Of a stretch of DNA of 47,285 nucleotides, positions 40,277 to 47,285 are shown in pieces; positions within the stretch are counted from its first letter, which is position 1, and the number at the start of each line of letters is the position of its first letter. The position numbers were made by a program, and so were the translations under genes. The notes below the pieces were generated by a model that was given only the letters and a program-made list of their open reading frames with translations, ran no database searches and had not been told where the DNA came from. Location of the stretch: the NCBI GenBank assembly GCA_032718475.1, contig JAUCBJ010009148.1:1-47285 (forward strand), given 5' to 3'. The DNA comes from Nemertoderma westbladi (taxonomy: Eukaryota; Animalia; Xenacoelomorpha).

Positions 40277-42012
40277 CTATTGAAAGAGGAGCCATCGGGT
40301 CGCCTCAGGCCTCGGCCGATTGGTGATTTGAAGGCGGAAATTAATAACGTAAGCTGCACCGTCCGCCTTATAAACTACATTCACTACTGGCGCTCCGTTC
40401 ATGCACTCACATCCAGCCTCACAACATAGGATACCCCCCCCCCCCCCCCCTCCCTCCCCAATGCGTGATATACTTTATCAATCTGCCCTAATCGGCCTCC
40501 AATGTTTATTTACCAATGTATAAATAGCTTATTCGTATATATTTGATGAAACCGGATAAAGTCCACCCAAAGTGAAAATATGGGAAGAGCCACAAAATGA
40601 GCTGAGCCTTACTACAATACCCATTACTTTCATTAACATTCGATGGTGTCTATCTGTCTGTCTAACTCTCGGTCGGTCTGTTGATACAAATCGCAACTAA
40701 ATTTCGCAAAGCGACAAGAACAGACAGACTGAAACGCTTGCAGAAAGCTATTTCATATAATTTAATCACTATGTTGCATTTCAGTTAAATATCCATACGC
40801 CCACGTTGTCGTGTTGAAATTATATATTGGCTGTGTAGGTTACAAAAAAAAGAAGCAAATGGACTCGCTCACCTACATAGGCATAAAAAAATAGGGAGTA
40901 AGTCCAATCTGCAATAATAACTAACTATAAACTATGGAAAACGCAAATAGAAAACGCGATATAGAAAAACAGGTGAAAAGAAAAACCAGCAGAAATATTA
41001 TCCTATTAAACAGATCAACTATAATACAATAACTACAATATTATTGTAAAGATATAAATATAAGTGGCACAAAAAGTTAATTAAATCTCTAAACTATATT
41101 TTGGGGAGTTTGAGTGTTGGCGAGGCTACATAAAATACAAACTTATATCCAACACAATGATTTATGTGATTTGTAGTTAAGTTATCATTACCTGGTCTAC
41201 TAAAAGCATTTATTCCTACACCGCAGTTATTCTTCTACCTTATAGCTGTTTGTTGGTACTGCTAGTCATGTAAGGATTCTAAATATGTAAAAACAATTGA
41301 AATTGGTTTGGAAATAGCTGAGCTATGGGTAAGGTTGTATTGGTTGCTTCCTTCTGTAAACCATTAGACCGTTAACCATATTCTAGAACATATTGTTTTA
41401 TGTATGAATAGCTCAAGGCGTCCTAAACTACTTCGCAACCAAATTCATATATTTTTACATTTATATACATGTTTGGAATCTTTGCAACGTTTTCTTTCAA
41501 AATAATTTGCGTTACGAGATTGGAATCTGGCTATAACCGCCAAGAAACACAGAAAAACTGACCAGAAATTAACGTTGAATAATTCCTGTCCGAGTTGATA
41601 TCGATAGAATTCAAACTTCCCTCGTTGAGTTGAGTAAAACCTGTATTTTACATAGCCGTGGCGCCTTGGGTATTAATATAACATCTAAATAAAGTGGCGA
41701 GTAGCTGAACTACTTATTAAAGCGAACTGCAGCGCTGCGGAACACAATAGAGAGAATGAGAAGGGAAATAAACAGCTGGTTGTTGGAAACGCGCGGAATA
41801 AATCGATGAGAAAAAAACCAGGAAATTCTGGGGTCAAATCGAAACTCTGTGATTAATTAATTATGGATTAATTATTCCCATTCAGATGCAAAAGGAAACA
41901 CACGATAAAAAAACAAAATGTTAGTTCGAAAAAGTATAAAGTAAATATTGAGAACTAAATAATATAAATTAATAGCAAATGGAAGGGCGGCTGTTTGAGG
42001 GAGGAGATTGGG

Positions 42013-42738
<726 letters not shown>

Positions 42739-42929
42739 TTATTAAAATCAATTAAGGTGGGGGGGGGGGGGGGGGGGGGCTTACCGCTATGTTTACTTAG
42801 GCCTACCTCTATTTTTTTTAGACATACATTGACAATTTATTATTGGTGTTATATATGGGTGAATGAGTGGTTTCATATTATTATGATTTTTTCTTGGGCA
42901 CAGGATTTGCATGCAAAGTCGGCAATGAC

Positions 42930-43002
42930 GTCCAGGTGGTGGGATCGAACTGGTGACCTCCGCGTTGGAAGTCTGACGCTCTAACCATTCAGTTAGCGGC
43001 TC
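42930..43002 (-). mobile_element. tRNA-derived SINE head
   Basis: Minus strand GAGCCGCTAACTGAATGGTTAGAGCG (A-box-like) ... CAGTTCGATCCC (B box) at tRNA-like spacing. The acceptor stem does not pair. Confidence 0.6.
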
Positions 43003-43007
43003 AAGTA

Positions 43008-43134
43008 AAAGATAGACCTGGAAATACTATCTGATGTATTTCCGCAATATACCTCCTCATGGTCTCCCATCTGTCTTGCGGACTTACAAGGTAACAGGTA
43101 TAGAGGTAGTAGTAGTATATCCAGGTCTATCTTT
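43008..43134. mobile_element. Small MITE with ~22-bp terminal inverted repeats
   Basis: AAAGATAGACCTGGAAATACTA (43008-43029) versus TAGTATATCCAGGTCTATCTTT (43113-43134), one mismatch. Confidence 0.6.
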
Positions 43135-43626
43135 ATGGTAGGCCTATGTTATATGATACATACCCTACCGGTATATATATATCTAAATAGATTTAGATGG
43201 GAGAACAAGAGTCGCTTCGTCAGCTTGAATTGAATTGTGGCAAAAGAAGGGGAATAGTTCGGAGGCAATTGTTGGTGCACAGGGGTAAAATTATCCTCGT
43301 ATCAGTATTAGACAAGGATAATTTCCTTCAAAGTGATCCACTATAAATTTCCAAACCTTCAACGCATTAGGCCTATTATGTTATTTATTATTATAAGTTA
43401 TACTGTGGAACTGGAACATCTACGTTATCTACATACCAGTAGCGCAGTAGGCAAGGCAGGCAGTAGGTATGCCGGTAGACAGGTAGATACGGTAGGCCTA
43501 TATAACACCAATTGTATTGCTGGTACCGTAGGCCTAGTCCATCTGCTTCACACTGGCAATTTGCAGATTTGGGCAGTGCATGAGCTATGGACTAGCAATT
43601 TTCAATATCATAGGTACAGTTATATA

Positions 43627-44511
43627 CCAGGTTGGAATTCATGCATGAGCGCGCAGGTACGCTTTGTTGTTTTGAAATCACCGCGCACCTGAAATTGGCT
43701 CGTCGCGCACCTCATCATATGTCATAATCCAAACAAAATCGCGCAGCTCATGTCATGCATATCTCAAAAAATCGCACAGTTCATAAGAACAATTTTACAT
43801 TCCTATTTTACAAGTTTGAGCGTTTTAAGCTTATCTTTACGTCTGTCTATCTGTACGTTGAATCTAGGCTTACATAATAAATGTAATTTTTGCAACATCA
43901 AAATTGTTAATATTAAAAAATATTTTTTTAATCCACTACTATGGTGGCCCATCGGGCTCACTGCTTTTATAACAGAAAATATTATTTTAGATTACAAACA
44001 AAACATGTACCGGTAATTTCAAAAAAACGAATATTGAAATAGGTACCAGTCTGCCAATAATACTTTGTATAGGCCTACCTAACAATTAGGCTTAAACATA
44101 CAGTTGGCTTATAATTAAGTCATACTTAATACATTGTTACTTTCTGACTTTACCTGTTTACTAACGTAACATCGGCATAGCATAGACCTAATAACAATAC
44201 AACAATAGAGTACTGTAGTTAAAATAAATAGACAAATTCAGCTCCGGTTGCCGGTATTACAGTATTATGGTGAAGTGATTTGACTGTTTGAAGAATTGGA
44301 AATGAGAAACTAATGCGAGCGCAGCGAGCGAAATTTTTTTGTGTATTTTCGTGATTTCAATTAATTTGTGGTGCGCATCAGAGGCAGAGCTGCGCGCACC
44401 TGTCTCACACCCGAACGCGCACCTGTCTCACCCAAACGCGCAACGCGCATCTGGTTTGCGGTCATTCGCGCAGGTACGCGTCCGAGTTTTGCAGCATGAA
44501 TTCCAACCTGG
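43627..44511. mobile_element. Non-autonomous hAT-like DNA transposon (885 bp) in the CaMKI intron
   Basis: Perfect 18-bp TIR CCAGGTTGGAATTCATGC / GCATGAATTCCAACCTGG and 8-bp TSD GTTATATA (43619-43626 and 44512-44519). Clustered subterminal GCGCACCTG/GCGCAGGT motifs at both ends. Confidence 0.85.
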
Positions 44512-44671
44512 GTTATATATAGGCCTAGGCTTATAAAGATTATAGCTGTTAGGCCTATATAGCTTAGGTCTATTTCTAAACCCAACCAGCCAACCATGAA
44601 AACTTAGGCCTACAAAATTTTGTCAGTTTGTAGCCTATTTATCTGCAATACAGCCTGACAGCTAAATATCA

Positions 44672-45259
<588 letters not shown>

Positions 45260-45654
45260 TTATACAGTTTGATATATATTCTGACTGTCTGATATTTTCT
45301 ATATCCAAATCTGAAATCCAACCCAGCAACCAGATAGGCCTATAGCAGTATAGGGCTGTAGGCAGGTAGGGGCCTACTTTAATCCAGAAATCAGTGATCA
45401 GTAGTAAAAGCTGGAGGTAAAGGAGGCCTAGGCTATCAAGAATCAGGCTATGACTGTATGACTGTTTGAGATGGAGCTTGAGCTTGTCTCTGACTGTAGG
45501 CTGGTAGGCCTAAATGCAAAATGCTGAAATGACTGAATGAGGGGATAGAAAATTGTAATTGTTTAATTGACATCAAAGTATGAAAACAATACGAAAGCAA
45601 ATGTGGGTGAATGTGGCTGTGTGATAGAACAACACATGAGAGACAGCCTCAACA

Positions 45655-45804
45655 GATCTGCCACAGCCAATCAAATACGCGGTTTCCTCAAAGTGGTTGG
45701 CGGCTTCCACAAAGTGGTAGGCAGCACTCAGCTGGTCATAGCAATTAACCTTAGAGTCTTAGGTTGAGCTAATAGATTGACTTGTTATTGGTTGTGGCAA
45801 GATC
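45655..45804. promoter_or_regulatory. Candidate CaMKI promoter region with two inverted CCAAT-containing motifs
   Basis: GATCTGCCACAGCCAAT (45655-45671) and ATTGGTTGTGGCAAGATC (45787-45804), 400-550 bp upstream of the ATG. A further ATTGG/CCAAT pair lies at ~46225-46260. Confidence 0.3.
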
Positions 45805-47285
45805 CAGCCAGATTTATTAATATATTGACTGTGTTGTAGTGAGTGTTAAGTTTACAATAATATTTAAGGAATGGATGAATGAACTGATGAATGACGGTTA
45901 ATGAAAATAAGATATAATTGGTTTGTATCAAACACATATCTTGTAAAAGCTTTTGTGGGATAACTGATACGTTTGCCTATGCTGGCCAGTTCCCCCCAGG
46001 CGCTGGAATACTCTAAAAAAGGTTTTCTAACTGTATATATATTCCCCTCGCCCTCAAGGTACCTTTACAGGTGTTTTAACGGACATAAAAATCATTCTGC
46101 TATATACGTGTTTTAGCGGACATGGTAAGACAAAAACTTGTAATGCATCAACCACCTTTCACAGTTTAGCTGTGATGATTCATATTACGACATCTAGCAG
46201 CTGGTTGCTGACATGGAAACAGCCATTGGCCGCGTGGTTCTTTGTTTGGCTTGGGCCAATCAGGGCGGTTTTTCCTGTCGACGTGTAGCTTTTTAGTCGA
46301 TCATAAGGAGAGTGTTCAGTCTTACTGTTTTTTTCTTGATACTTTGTTGTTATTGCTGTCTAAGCCAGAAACACCGGCATTTTTGGATAGATACTGCTGT
46401 ACCGTAAACTGCTTGAATTATCGAAAGTATAAACTGTTACCTAACTAAACTCACTGACTTAAATCACTCATCTCACCTTGATACTTTTAATTGCATTAAT
46501 CATATTGTTTGTACTGTTATTTTACCGTCAGTTATTAATTGTAAATATTTGTTGATGGAAATATTGCTATTTGGATAATACGGATAAATCACCCAATTCC
46601 CAATTTCTTGATAACACTACAGGTTAGAGAGACCGGCTATACATAACAATTGCGATTTATATTAATGTGGTGTGTATTGAATCCAATGTTATTTAGCAGA
46701 CCCTACGTGAGTCAATTACTGCTCTCTTTATGTGTGATCAAATGTACTGACTGTCGGCAGAATAGTGTGTATGATTGTGATTGGTAACAAAGTATTTCCT
46801 AAAGAATACGTTTTACTTTAATCATAGGCAGTATCGTTGCGTTTAGTATAAGTCTTAGTTCTGTTTAAATAGATAAAGCGCCACGTCCTAAAGGAACTGT
46901 TAATATTTCCCGAAAGCCAATAATATCTGTCAGAGATTAATTATTAACGATCTATCGAATAATACATTAGGTATACACTGCAACCTTACACTGTAATAAT
47001 ACAATTCAAGCATCCGAATTCAGTCTCCCGGGTGTAGATCCATCGGGTGAATGATCGCGCATGGGCTGACTTCGGCTAATGTTTTGCGTATTAGCATAAA
47101 TTATTGTCGTATGCTAAAGTGGTTTTAATTAACGAAAAGACATATAAATTTTGGCAGGTTAAACTGCTAAAGGTCTTCGAAAGCGCGAACAGTAACAGTT
47201 TATAATTAATCTTATTGCAGTAGGCAATAAGGTTGCAAGTGTAGGCATTAAATACAGTTTAATACTGTTCTGGAGAACAGTAACG

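Noticed and set aside
38567-40359. Repetitive ORFs (GATPICYPRVGV / GGRYSYLLPEGR)
   Set aside because: These are by-products of a stop-poor minisatellite strand. The 40-bp units shift frame continually and the starts are non-ATG.
42930-43002. Functional tRNA gene
   Set aside because: A and B boxes are present but there is no acceptor-stem pairing or T-run terminator; it fits a SINE head better.

Overview
AT-rich eukaryotic (invertebrate animal) genomic DNA. Echinoderm origin is a guess from TAGGCCTA enrichment and poly-G/C runs. About 45% of the window is tandem repeat: a ~19 kb 26-bp satellite with higher-order structure, a near-exact 4.76 kb internal duplication and a 100-N gap, plus a 1.7 kb 36/40-bp minisatellite. 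Two protein genes are recognisable, both on the minus strand. One is an intact two-coding-exon CaMKI-family kinase (376 aa) whose exons differ sharply in GC content and whose tail carries an 11-aa repeat. The other is an intronless GNPTAB/Stealth-family (GlcNAc-1-phosphotransferase-like) copy in which CR2 is joined directly to CR4 across a 1-bp frameshift. The rest is largely transposon debris: a Merlin element with a transposase remnant, piggyBac-like and hAT-like non-autonomous elements with TIRs and TSDs, a probable P-element-like fragment, MITEs, SINE pieces and Helitron-like hairpins. There is no CRISPR array or prokaryotic system, and I see no convincing new multi-gene system. The best leads are the minimal Stealth gene, a structured 185-bp insert flanked by a 96-bp duplication, and the minisatellite that appears to have expanded inside a SINE.
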